A stretch of DNA of 64,000 nucleotides from positions 699,570 through 763,569 of the forward strand of contig NW_003526940.1 of the NCBI RefSeq assembly GCF_000181795.1, read 5' to 3'. Position 1 is the stretch's first letter. The number at the start of each line of letters is the position of its first letter. The translations under genes were made by a program, and so were the position numbers. The notes beneath the pieces are model-generated. The model had not been told where the DNA came from. It saw only the letters and a list, made by a program, of their open reading frames with translations, and ran no database searches. Below, in pieces: positions 41,556-53,371 of the stretch. Source of the DNA: Trichinella spiralis (taxonomy: Eukaryota).

Positions 41556-41770
41556 GTCGTACTGGGTTTCTATTGATCTGGCCCGAGAAGTCTTTGTCGT
41601 ATTGGTTTTCCTTGTCTAATTGCTCCGTGAAGTCTTTGTCGCATTGGTTTTTTTTGTCTAATTGCTCATTGATTCAAACTCTTCAGTTGTGATTAAGATT
41701 TGACGGTCCAATAAAATAGCGTGGGTAATGACCAATGAGAGAAAAGCGGGACGGAGTAGTACCAAACCAC
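41556..41770. repeat. Dispersed terminal/subterminal repeat family (gacggtccaataaaatagcg motif), probably DNA-transposon ends
   Basis: The same motifs recur at 50190-50321, 50482-50531, 55125-55209 and 57935-58100. Confidence 0.6.
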
Positions 41771-42039
41771 TATATTAAGGCATTAGACGCACAAAAAGTT
41801 ATATCATTTTTATCCATTTATGTTGTTTTTTTTGGTTTTCTTGAATTAATGTACTTTCATTTTTTAATACTGTACGTTGAAACTGGGACAAGTCTCACCG
41901 GAGGTAAATTAAAGACGCTAACTTTGACACAGGTAATATTTTGGGATCCCGTACTTTTTTCGCGGTTTAATTCCACTATATCTTTGTTTATCTTGAACGT
42001 TGGATCTTGATTTACAGTTAATTCACATTCCTAATCGTT

Positions 42040-42400
42040 AATCGCAGTGAACGAAATACTGGAGAACATGCATGTTGATGATCTGGTGTTCTCGATTCAT
42101 GAGGAAGAAGGTTTCTCGGGTGTTGACGCAATTGCGAACAGTAATGAAGCTGGGGGTTTTCCATCTAGCAAAATGTGCCAGTAACCACCATGCAGTTCTA
42201 CAGGCTAAGCACCTGAACACGTGAGAAAAGAAAGCAGCAGTCGGATGTTAAAAGCTCTTGAATAACATGAAACGCGGAGAAAGATGACTTTTCTTATCTT
42301 ATACAGTCGAACGCAGATCTGAACGTGTTTGGCAACAAACGTCACCTAATCAGTATTACAGCAAAGATATTCCATCCCCTTCGTTACCTGTTCTCGTATC
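42040..42400 (+). mobile_element. Degenerate BEL/Pao RT fragment
   Basis: EILENMHVDDLVFS, GFHLAKCASN and KRHLISITAKIFHP across frames. Confidence 0.7.
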
Positions 42401-42756
42401 TCATCTGAGGAGGAATTCTGTTTCATTGACTATGGCAGCACAGAATTGATGCATTTGATGCAATCTTTTGCATGAAAGGAAAGCCAATAGGACAACTGCG
42501 CAAAGGTCCAATAAATGAAATGAAATGAACGTTTAACAACAACATTAACAATGGAAACTCTTTTTAGAACCAATTTCATATTTCATAATTTATGTCAAAG
42601 TTCTTCTTACTGAATCATTTATTTTCATAAATTACAATGTTTTTACTGTATCAAACTGAAGTAATAATAATGATCATTTTATTCGTAACCTACTTTAAAA
42701 ATAAGTTTAAACAATTTTGATTTAAAGTGATATTGTTTAAAGTGCAATATAGCCAA

Positions 42757-42788
42757 TATAAGTGATGTTCAAACAAAAGTTGTTCAGT
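42757..42788 (+). promoter_or_regulatory. TATA-like box plus initiator upstream of basic-protein copy 3
   Basis: TATAAG at 42757 and TCAGT at 42784 (about 29 bp spacing to the A). Conserved in all three copies. Confidence 0.5.
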
Positions 42789-42822
42789 CGTATCGCTTGT
42801 GTGGTCCATACCCTGTTCGACA

Positions 42823-43329
42823 ATGGCGCGCTCTGCTCGTAGTTATAGTCGAAGTCGCAGTCGCAGTAGCACCCGACGAAGTATGAGTAGTCGCAGCGGT
42901 AGTCTTACCCGTCCTCGAAGACGTTCAATATCAAGAAGTCAAACCCCAAAGCGTTCTACTCATCAAATCGTGGTTCCATCATCAAGATTAAAATTGCAGA
43001 AAGGACCATCAGCTGTACAATTAGATGGAGATGAAGCTCCCTCAGAAATAATTTGCCCAACGTGTTTGCAGTCGTTGCGGTCACGTTCGAGATCAAAGAG
43101 TATTAGAAGAAAGAAGAGCCCTGGCAAGAAAGTGGCCCGTAAAGTCGCAATGCGACAAAGATCTAAAAGTGGAGGAAAATCTCGTCGTAATAAGAAAAGA
43201 AGCGTGAAAAAATCCAATCAAAAAGCAGTTTTGATCAAGGCTAGTAAATCTCGTCGAAAGCGTTCTTCATTAAAATCAATTCACAAACAGAAGCGGTATT
43301 CATTGAGAAGTAGAGCTGTGGTTCATTGA
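42823..43329 (+). CDS. Protamine-like basic protein (copy 3)
   Basis: 168 aa with four substitutions relative to copy 1 (R>G, E>K, P>H, R>H). AATAAA near 43434. Confidence 0.75.
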   Translation: MARSARSYSRSRSRSSTRRSMSSRSGSLTRPRRRSISRSQTPKRSTHQIVVPSSRLKLQKGPSAVQLDGDEAPSEIICPTCLQSLRSRSRSKSIRRKKSPGKKVARKVAMRQRSKSGGKSRRNKKRSVKKSNQKAVLIKASKSRRKRSSLKSIHKQKRYSLRSRAVVH

Positions 43330-44293
43330 TTTGCTTCACCGAAGATGAAGAATAATAATTTGATGATTTTCAAATAATTCATAATTTTAACTTTATTTTA
43401 TTTTTATATTATTATTTTATTTTATTTTGATACAATAAATGTATAGTTTTTACTATGCTTGTTGTCGACAAAAAATATGCCATCAAGAACTGGACTGTAG
43501 GGTATTCACTGTTCAGTTCAAACCGACTCACAGCTGAGCTGAAGGTTGTTCATTATAAGAAACAGTTGCACTCATCTGATGAGACGAGTGTATTTTGTGC
43601 AAGTACATATCAGACTCGATAGCAAACGAATGAATACACTTGCGTAAAATGTCATGAAGACGTCGACACACTCGATTTTACTTATTAGCTCATGCACGAG
43701 TCACTTTCTCTCCCGCAATGAATTGCAGGCAGCTGGAATATTGCAATTTCCATTTCTAACAGTCTATCCCTGATGGACTACGTCCATTAAACTCTTCCTA
43801 GTTCAAGCAACATCAGAGAACGTACGGATCTGGCTATCCAGGTACAGAAAGTTTCCAGCTTGTCTGAGCGCGCCACAAATCATGGAACGCAGCAGATCCA
43901 CGATTCTTTATTTTCTACGCGAAGGAAGCGTCGTGTTCCATATAGATGGTTTGAACAACCATGCTCGTAAAGTTGCACACGTACGTCTTGTGCATCGTCA
44001 ACGCAATAGAGTTTTCTTTTATTGGTTCAAGTATTTTCATTGAGGACGATGAAACTATAATCGTAGTGACTTAACATTAGAAGTAAAAAATTTTTTACTA
44101 TCCTGAAATTACACTGAATATTATTTTCTCAGAATTTATAGTTTTATCATTTACGTTAGAATTGTTAGCATCGACGACAAAAGGGTTGCAGTCTAATGGA
44201 TCGAACACACAGAATCACAAGTACAAGCGAACGTCAGTACAACACAGCATGAAGAGTAACACACCCAAAAAACAATGAAAACTATAAGGTATA

Positions 44294-44486
44294 TGTTATA
44301 GCCCCGCGTCCGTGGCTATTCCGTAAAGTGATGAACAACACGAACAAAAACAATAAATGTTTATTAGCCACTACCAAGCGAATACGTAAACGCACACGCA
44401 CACTAAGAGTTCAATCAATCGATCAATAATTTTTCTAACCTCCTACTGTGGATGTTCAGGTTCGGTGTCCATACCATACCATAACA
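44294..44486. mobile_element. Short solo LTR with 5-bp target-site duplication
   Basis: TGTTAT...ATAACA flanked by GTATA on both sides. Appears nested in an older TGTT...AACA segment (44163-44571). Confidence 0.75.
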
Positions 44487-45615
44487 GTATATATGGCTAC
44501 AGTATATTATTAATTAGGTATATGAGTAATTATTAATTAGGTATATGGGGATGAGGGGGTGATTTCCAACAATTTATTATAATTTTGTTTTTTAATATAT
44601 TATTTACGGTGAAGTTCATACTATTTAAGAAACAGTATTTTCAAAATAAATTTTCAAATTATTCAGTGCTTATCTGTACCTCACTGAAGTTATATGAAAT
44701 ATGACAGTAATAAGTGTGAGAAAACAACACAAAAAATAAGCTGAATAATGATTTCTAGCTTTCATTATACAAAATCAGCAACAACAACAACAGTAAAGAA
44801 CAGTTAGCAAAAACTATGATAAACAACAATGAACAACACGTATCATTAAAAGTAATGACACTGAACTGCCGATCCATTATCTTCGCTTGACGTTCTTGAA
44901 CAGGAAAATTAGTTCGCTTTCAGAAAAGAAACGGAAACTTTTCATATTTTCCTGCGCTCAGCATTGAAGCATCTCCTCATACGAGAGCGAAATTACATGT
45001 ACCTTCTGACCAAAGTGGATAACAGGTTTTCATGCTGTAGCATTTTTTTCGTCTGAGGACCATCACAAGGAATCATAGAGTTCTCTATGCGCAATGCTTT
45101 AAAGAAACATGAACGACTGTTTATATAGTCATATAATGTTCATTTGCTCATTTTCAGTTATTAACCAAATGGAAATACCGCTTAATTCGTATAAAGCGGT
45201 TTCAGTTCATAACTCACGAGACACGCGTGTCTTCAACTGAAATTTTAATCAAATGTTTCAAAAGTAAAAATATTAAATTTCAATGTGATTTCATGATGTT
45301 CAAATCTTAGAAAAAAATTTAAAACATTACGATGTAATTTGGGAAGATCGAGACGTTCGATATGATATCAACTCAAAGTAAGCATTTTTTGAATGCAGCT
45401 CAATCGTCACGTATTATTTTTGAATTTTCAAAAATCGTCATCTAAACATTATTTTACAATATTTCTCTTAGATGAAAAAAATAATTTAAAATTTAAATAA
45501 TTTTTCGTATTTTAGACAATTGAAACTAAGAAATGGAGAATTCATTGTGGATAAATTACATGTAATTGAAAATACGAAAGGAAATCGTGAGAATAAAGGT
45601 ATGAAATTGAAAATA

Positions 45616-46434
45616 CAGTGGAACCTCGATTATCCGAACACACGATTTTTGGGGGTCCTTCAGATAATCGGATTTTCGGATAATCAGACATTTTCAATTT
45701 TTTAAGTGCATATATGTTATTGAAGCGTTTATAGCGGTTATTCTCAATTAAACGCGGAATAGTAGACATTCTGTTTATTATGCGACATTATTTGTCCTTT
45801 ACTTACTTAAACTATATGAACGGTTATTAACACAATCAATTATATTTTTCAGCGATACATTGAAAACCAATAGATTTACTTTGCGTCATATTTTATAAAA
45901 TCAGTAATAAGTTTGTGTTTTAATGAAGACAGCTTCTTCTGTGCAGCGATATCACAAATATGCCTTACTACCATAAGCTGAGTAGCGCTGAATTTATTCC
46001 GCTGCTCTATCCACTACAAGCTGAATTTAAAGCACGAATAGGCTTCTGAATGGCTCAGCCTTTCAGTTGGCTTATCAGGCATGTCAGACTCGTCAACGTC
46101 ATCATTTTCATCTTTTTTCATTGCAATGAGTATTTCTTCGTCAGTTAATGTTTCAAATAACGGGGTATCATCAGCAATTTTAGCAGTTTTCCTGAACGAC
46201 TTGCCATTCTCCACAAGTCTATACATTTCTAGTTTTTGCTCTAAGCTCAAAACCTTTCATTTTCTAGTAGTGGACATACAGGACAAAAATTAGCCAACAA
46301 CAGAATGTTACAGTATTAGTAAAATACAGGTTGAATTTAATATACTAAACAATGCATTTTATCTATCCGGCAAAAAAGCGTTCGGATAATCGGGTGTTCG
46401 GATAATCGATTATCGGAGAACCAGAGTTCCACTG
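45616..46434 (-). mobile_element. Non-autonomous pogo/Tigger element
   Basis: TIRs CAGTGGAACCTC / GAGTTCCACTG with TA duplications. Internally deleted transposase: KVLSLEQKLEMYRLVENGKS (CENP-B-like HTH) fused to an acidic C-terminal piece. Confidence 0.88.
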
Positions 46435-47096
46435 TAATTATTTCTCCAACATCGATCTCATTGCTCTCTTTTTTTATACGTCTTTATAATACTACCCAAC
46501 AAACAGTTCTTATTATATTTCTTGAATATATTTTGACAAAAGATTTGCACGTTTAAATAACTTCTTCTATTTTCAAAGCATTTCAAGAGGGGAAAAATTC
46601 CAATAATACTGACTTCGGTATAATCTCAAGCATACTATTCAACTTTAGTGTAAAATTGTCGAGCGTGACCATGGAGATCGTCTAATTTGTTGACGTAATG
46701 TAATTACTGTAATTATCTAGCCGGTCTACGCGCATCCAGAAGCACAATGAAAAGTGCGTTTATTACGTGCAAGCATGCAAAACAGCATGTTGGGTTTCAG
46801 TGTGTGAAAATAGCGCTATAACAATAGTTCAAAAAATTCATTTCACTTGAATTTTGTAAGATACTATATTAATGGTCAGGTTCAGTTTGTCAAGTTTAAA
46901 TTGTGACTCATATGAATTGTTCAGAAAATTTATTTATCATAATATATATAAAACAATAAAATTATACTAAAATATAATTGTTTTGATATTTTCAAACATT
47001 ATTAAAATTTGATTCATTGCAAAAACATTATTAACGATGGAACACCGACATTTTATATTTAGGTCAAACCTGCCTTTTAGTAACTACAGAAAGAAA

Positions 47097-49300
47097 TTGT
47101 TGATGACGTAAGAGGTTGCATGTTTGCCATATTGTGCTCAGTTTGCGATATGAATTTTCGTGTGTCAGTCGCGTGTCTTGTCTGTGTTAGGCATCGAACG
47201 AACAGTACGATTATTCGACAAAGATTGACTGACACCCTGTTGTTCATGAACGTGAAACAATCGACATCGGGTAGTCATAACTGAGTTCGTCATCCTGAGA
47301 TTTGCACAGTCCACATACGAGAAACCGAATTAAATTTTATTTACACCATTTTGTGCTCAGGTCCGCTGCTCGAAAGCATCACCCTCTAAGAGAAGACATG
47401 ATGGTTGTAAAGAGGCTTTGCTTCGCTTGCTTGCAGCGTGGATGACCGGATAACGGACAGCAGTTCCGTTCAGAGATGTACGGTGGCAGGATGGGGAGCT
47501 GCTCACCACGAGCTCTTACATTGTGACAGTGCGACAATGCAATCCTGATCGCCAATGACTACGCAATTCGAAGAGTTGGTTGCTGAGGGTGTGTAGCGAA
47601 CAAATTAATGGTATACAGGCCGGATAGTAGCAGGTGGTCTTCATTCTCTTCGACACGGCGTCACAGAGTTTCTTCATTCTGAAAGACCTAGCGGAAATTC
47701 TGCGGCTTACGGGCCCGGATGAAGCGGTTGATTTGGTTTCTCTGAGAAGCAGAAAAATCATGCAACGGCTGATGTCTGGACGTGCGCTACAGTTAAATGC
47801 TACTAGCGATTTATCGAAAGCGATCACCTCACGCTGAGTACGAACATTTGCCAAGATATGTGGGAATAACTTGCCTGCCGCAGTGATTCTGATGGTTTGG
47901 CCACACTTGGAATCGCTGAAGATGATTGAGCGATTACAAGGGAAACTGATCGTGATGTGCTCTATCATGCATCATGTTCACTACTTTGATATCATCGACG
48001 GTCGCCTTCGACTGACGGTCCAGTAGCCTTGCAGTCCAGATCGGTTGGATTCCAATTGTTCTGACAACCATGATGGTGACTGAAGAGGCCAGAACGTTGC
48101 TGACGCGAAAGGAGGAAGCCAGTGGTAAAATTTTTCGAGAGTTCTGGAAAATAGAAGAAGCACTCAAAGTCACCCTGGACGAAACCTTTCCGCAGTTGAT
48201 AGCGACGTTGTACTTGAGAGAGATTCTAACAAATATTGTCGGAGGTTCTAACAAATATTGTCTTTTTATGGAGAAAAATACTAGTTGGACCTCCCCTGGA
48301 TCGACTAAACACCAAAGTCGCCGGCTGGTCACGCAGTACGTGTCACCTAAAGGAGAGCTGCCAAAATCATCCAGACTACACTTCGTTCACGTGATATTGC
48401 GTGGAGGATGGACAAAGTTGAAAATTACTAGAGACGAGTCTCTCTGGCCAGACTTGGTATCGTGTCCACTTCGCCATCTGTTAGGACATGGGTGAAAGTC
48501 AGATGTGCAGCGTTGTGCTTGACGGATCTGCACACCACCGTTGCAAATTCGCGAAATTACAAATTCACCCAGTCGACGCCTTTCTTCCTTTTCCTCATTT
48601 TTTGAGTGGAACGAATTGGCGGCAAACCAGATGATGTATCTTCAAGTCCGCTTGGCCAAAGTGGAACGAATTGGCGGCAAACCAGATGATGTATCTTCAA
48701 GGCCGCTTGGCCAAAGTGGAACGAATTAGTGGCAAACCAGATGATGTATCTTAAAGTCCGCTTATCCAAACAGTATCGAGACGCCTTCCATTTTTTTGGA
48801 GAAACATCATCAGGGTATGCATGTACAGGCAGACCGCCGCACATTCACAGCAGTTTGAAACCGTCTGAAATATTAGCAGCTGGCAGAGTATGTTTTATCA
48901 TCTGCTTCTGGCTTGCTTCCCGTAGCTAGCGATCAACATGGTGCGCGTGCATGAGAGCGGCGGTGGGAGTTCTACTCCACTTTTGACCCCATCCAACAAC
49001 CGCACAAGATCGGCGCGAAATCGAAATGCTTATTGCCGACTTTTTAATGAATTTGCCTGAAGAATTATTTCTTGCATCATCGATGAATATTTTTGGCCTT
49101 GTAAATATACTCTTTTTATGAGGTACCAACACGAATTATTTCTGCCAGCTGCCAGATGCGCTTCCCATTCAGAACAAAATGTGGTCAGGTGCTGTCACTC
49201 AACTTTGGAGAATGTTCGAAGCAACCTGATCACAGCACCCTGGCAAGCGAAACACATGTGCTTCAATTCAGTGCTGTAACCACTTGAAAGAGACGTATTC
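47097..49300 (+). mobile_element. Degenerate BEL/Pao gag-pol
   Basis: Zn-knuckle LCFACLQRG, protease-like ILFDTASQSFFI, FWKIEE, VVLDGSA, and MYLQVRL...RDAFHF. Many stops, and limits are approximate. Confidence 0.75.
48606..48770 (+). repeat. Tandem repeat, 3 x 55 bp
   Basis: Unit gtggaacgaattggcggcaaaccagatgatgtatcttcaagtccgcttggccaaa starts at 48606, 48661 and 48716. Confidence 0.95.
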
Positions 49301-49829
49301 ACGTGGACAACCGCACATGTTTTATGGACTCTGAAGCTATTCTGTGCTGTTGTGACGTACCGCTGCAGCGATTCCTTTTTCTGCTTTGGCATGCGGTATT
49401 TTGTCACAGCAGCTAGTTTCTGACTCGTTTATGGTGACTGAAGAGCGCTTTGAAACTCTTTTGAAATATTACCTTTGTACCCTAACGACGCTTTTGTCTA
49501 CTTGAATCGTTTTGAATTCTGTATTTTGTTTACTGTTACTTTTTGATATTTATTAACTGCATTATTTTGATATTTCGATATTTTTTCCTTTGTTCAAGTG
49601 ACTTATGTTCATTTTTACCANNNNNNNNNNAAATTGTGGCGAGTAAGCTGGTGCCAGTAGTCTGTTGCTATGTACGGTTAAAGATATTGGCAGAAAAGAG
49701 TTTATTTTTCAAGCTTTAATAAACAAAGCGGCTGTCCTTACGGTCAATCTTTATCCACAAGCAATAATTTGTAATTTTAAAATCACCCTGATACCCCTTT
49801 GTTAAAGTCGTTCACTGATATGTTGTTTA

Positions 49830-50321
49830 TTATTGTTGTTGTTAGTGCTGTTGGCTAGTGAGAAATAAAAATCACTATTTAACTTATTTTTTGTATTGTT
49901 TTTTTTGAATTATTACTATCGCATTTGATATAACGTCTCTTTGGTAGAATAAAATATAGAATAATGGTAAAAATTCTTTTTGGGAATGCTGATCATGAAA
50001 ACGTATAAACTTCACCACAAATAATATATTTAAATAAACAGAATTTCAATGAATGACAAAACTTCAAACAAACAATAAAATTTTGCAATAATAAATATTT
50101 CCATTTTTTATGCTACGTCACTATTATTAATGTTACGTAATCCTAAATGGAATATTTGAACCAATGAAATAAAAAAATATTACAGCTAATCAATCACAAC
50201 TGAAGAGTTTGAATCAATGAGCAATTAGACAAGGAAAACCAATACGACAAAGATTTGACGGTCCAATAAAATAGCGTGGGCAAAGACCAATAAGAGAAAA
50301 GTGTGACCGAGTAAAACCACC
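49830..50321. repeat. Repeat element, inverted copy at 57935-58460
   Basis: Reverse-complement match, e.g. gctgttggctagtgagaaataaaaatcactatttaac vs gttaaatagtgatttttatttttcactagccaacagc. A diverged relative lies at about 44580-44830. Confidence 0.8.
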
Positions 50322-52667
50322 ACGACTGGATATTTCTTAATTGATTCCCATGCACTCAAAGAAAGAAAGATAGAATGTGACAAAAATTAACAGCGCAAGA
50401 AACAACAATAATATTTATCTTGAAAAAATGTAAAAATAAATGCATCAGCCATACAAAAATAAATACGATTAGTAGAAGGGGGGTGGTTTTACTCGGTCCC
50501 GCTTTTCTCTTATTGGTCTTTGCCCACGCTTTTGCTGCTAGAGTTGGTCATAGTTGTGTTTAGTGTTAGTGTATGCTACTGAAGGCGGATCACGGATTGT
50601 ACATGAGATTAGGACAAAGAGAGAAGTGGCAAGAATAATAAACATCATCTGTGTATTTCTGACATACTATTTCAATTAGCAATCAGCTTAAGATGTTCTT
50701 CTCATATGCAATATATACATATATACATTATTACGTTAATGTTAATATATTGAGAGAAAAATTTAATGCAAATTATACAAGAAAAGAAAAGCAAAGAAGA
50801 AGAGTTTTTTGTTACCGTCTCAGTTGCATCTCTTGACTNNNNNNNNNNTGGAAAAATGATTTGAATAACTCTGGAACGGAAAGCACTGAACGCAAATGCA
50901 ACACCAAAAGTGAAAATAAATTGTACAGTTTTGAATTTCATGTTAAATAACCATTTTGCAACAATATTTAGTTTTCATTTTATATTTTATCTACAATCGA
51001 AGATCAACTTCTAATATTCCTTGTAGCACTAATGCTTTTTGTTGATACTGACAGAATAAAATTAATCACACACAAATGGCGCACGAATGCTAACATCAAA
51101 GAACGGGATGTCCACTGCAGAGTGAATTTGAAGCAGCTTTTAACTGCTATTCTGCTTCGTGCTGTCGTTCGCTTCTTTTTTGCTTTCAAAGTGTTTTACA
51201 CTCATTTATCTGAGTTCATCAGATAAATGACGTTTCAGTTAGCAATTAAATGAGATTTATGCATTAGATGCTTTTCCGTTTGTCAGAAAATATTCTGATG
51301 ATTAGCTAAAGGCGATTGTAATACAATGGAAAAATCAACAAGTGATGAATTGTCCACAGCTGCAGTTGTCAGCTTAAACTATGCATGGCAATTTGTTAGC
51401 ATCGAATTACATTTTTGATTTCCGTCTGACTGTTCTATGAAAATCTTTCTTGTTAGCAATCAAAGAATTTTATTTTCAACTTCAGAAAGTTTTGACTTCT
51501 TTCATCAGTGTTATTGTTTAAAGTCGTATATTTTATTTAAATAGAAAATTAAAAATCTGCAATATTATTTACAAGTCAAAAAACAAATTTATTTATATAT
51601 TTCGTGTAAATTGTAAACTTTCTATTTCAACATCTGAACAAAACCGAGTAGTGCGTTGGTGAACACTTAAATTGCCATCTATTCTCATTTCCATTTGCAA
51701 CCTTTCAGTGTATATATTTTAATGATAACGAAATATTTAAACATTTCGCATCAAAAGCAGCGTCTATGATGTAGCTGATCTGTTTGATGTTGTATTTCAA
51801 ATTACATTTGAACTTGCTTATATGTGAGCATGGAATTTGGCAAGAATTACTATGCACTTATCCATTATTTTATCGTTTAATTAACAACAGGGAATTTTTA
51901 TCGACCAAAATCTTATGCACTTAATGAAGTTCGACTGTATTTTATATGAAATGTATGAACGTCAAACAGGATTTTTCATACAAACAGCAAACCTCTTCAA
52001 CATATATTAAAAAATATATATGGTCGTTTGTTTCGTAATGAAGAAAACTTTGTAAATATTAAAGTAAAATTCTTAGATTGTAAACAAGAAAGATTTAAAT
52101 AGAACACTCCCAGTAAAATCAAAAAATTATTCAGATGCTAATGATTTAGTAGTTGTCACTCTTTGGTTAAGCTTGAAAGCTGCAACTGTGAACAATTTGT
52201 CACTTGTTGATTTTCCCTTTGTATTAAAATCGCCTTTACCAACATATGTGATGTGACGAGAAAAGCGAAGAATGTTTCACAAAGGCATATGTGAGAAATC
52301 AAGCGTAAAATTAAGTGAAATTGCGAGCTAACGCGTAACGTTAGCATTAGTGCCATTTGTAACCCGGAAATTAAAAGCGTTGCTACAACATTCCAGATTT
52401 TTCAAACAGATTATTCAGTATTCTGACATTACACCCGGACATCTTGATAAATTTCAACAGGCAACAAATTTATTTACAAACAGTCAGAGCAGATTTATAT
52501 ATCAAAAGGGAAATCGATAATAGACCAATGAGAAATAAAAACTAAATGTTGCAAAATGGTTATATAAAATGAAATTCAAAAGCGTCCAATTCATTTTCGT
52601 TTGCTGTTGGATTTGCGATCAGTGCTTTTCGTTCGAGTTTTTCAAATCATCTTCTTTCTTTTGCCTA

Positions 52668-53371
52668 TAGCTAGTGTACCTGAGTTGCATCTTGTGCAAA
52701 ATCGTTGCGGTGATACGTCCCTTGTTTATGAAGGTAGGGCATATAAATTAAAACGTGCCGCCAGAAAAAAATATTGGAGGTGCTCGCAGGTATGTGCTAA
52801 ATGTACAGTGTGTTTCCTTAATTATTAAGGATTAGTTTATTTTGGTATAGGATAAAAAGGGCTGTGGTGGTGCCGTATGGACCAACCTTGATGTGACAAC
52901 GGTTATCAAGCGGAATGATCACATCGAAAGCTGCCCGGTAGATGAACGCTTGGCGTACAAAATGGAAAAGAGGGCGGTTTTGACAAAGCGCAGCGCGGAA
53001 GAAACAAAGCCCATCCCGGCCATTTATGACGAGGAAGCTTCCGCCGCGTCCGCCGAGCCATCAACATCTGGCTATTTCCCTAACTTTAAACGGGTAAAGT
53101 CCGCGATGTACGGCCACCGGGCAAGGCGATTCCCAAAACTACCCAATCATCGTCGGGACCTGCAAATCCCGGTCCTGTTTAGAACAACGAAGGCCGGTGA
53201 TAATTTTTTATTGTGGCAGAGTGCATCGAGGCACATCCTGGTCTTTGCTACGGGTTACAACATTAGACTGCTGGCAGCCAGTCGAACCTGGGGCATGGAT
53301 GGTACATTCAAGATTGTACCTCAGTGGTATCAACAGCTATTTACCATCCATGCCCTTTGTGGGCGGGGCAA
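52668..53371 (+). mobile_element. FLYWCH-domain Mutator-like (MULE) transposase, runs into a gap
   Basis: LVYEGRAYKL...YWRCSQ-(intron)-DKKGCGGAVWT...NDH (FLYWCH) and WGMDGTFKIVPQWYQQLFTIHA (MULE first catalytic Asp). No start ATG at the expected position. Confidence 0.85.

Noticed and set aside
43330..43355. Hairpin cttca-ccgaaga-tgaag after the basic-protein stop as a histone stem-loop
   Set aside because: Does not fit the 6-bp stem/4-nt loop histone consensus, and AATAAA is present downstream.
48606..48770. CRISPR-like periodic repeat
   Set aside because: Head-to-tail tandem units with no spacers, in a eukaryotic retroelement.
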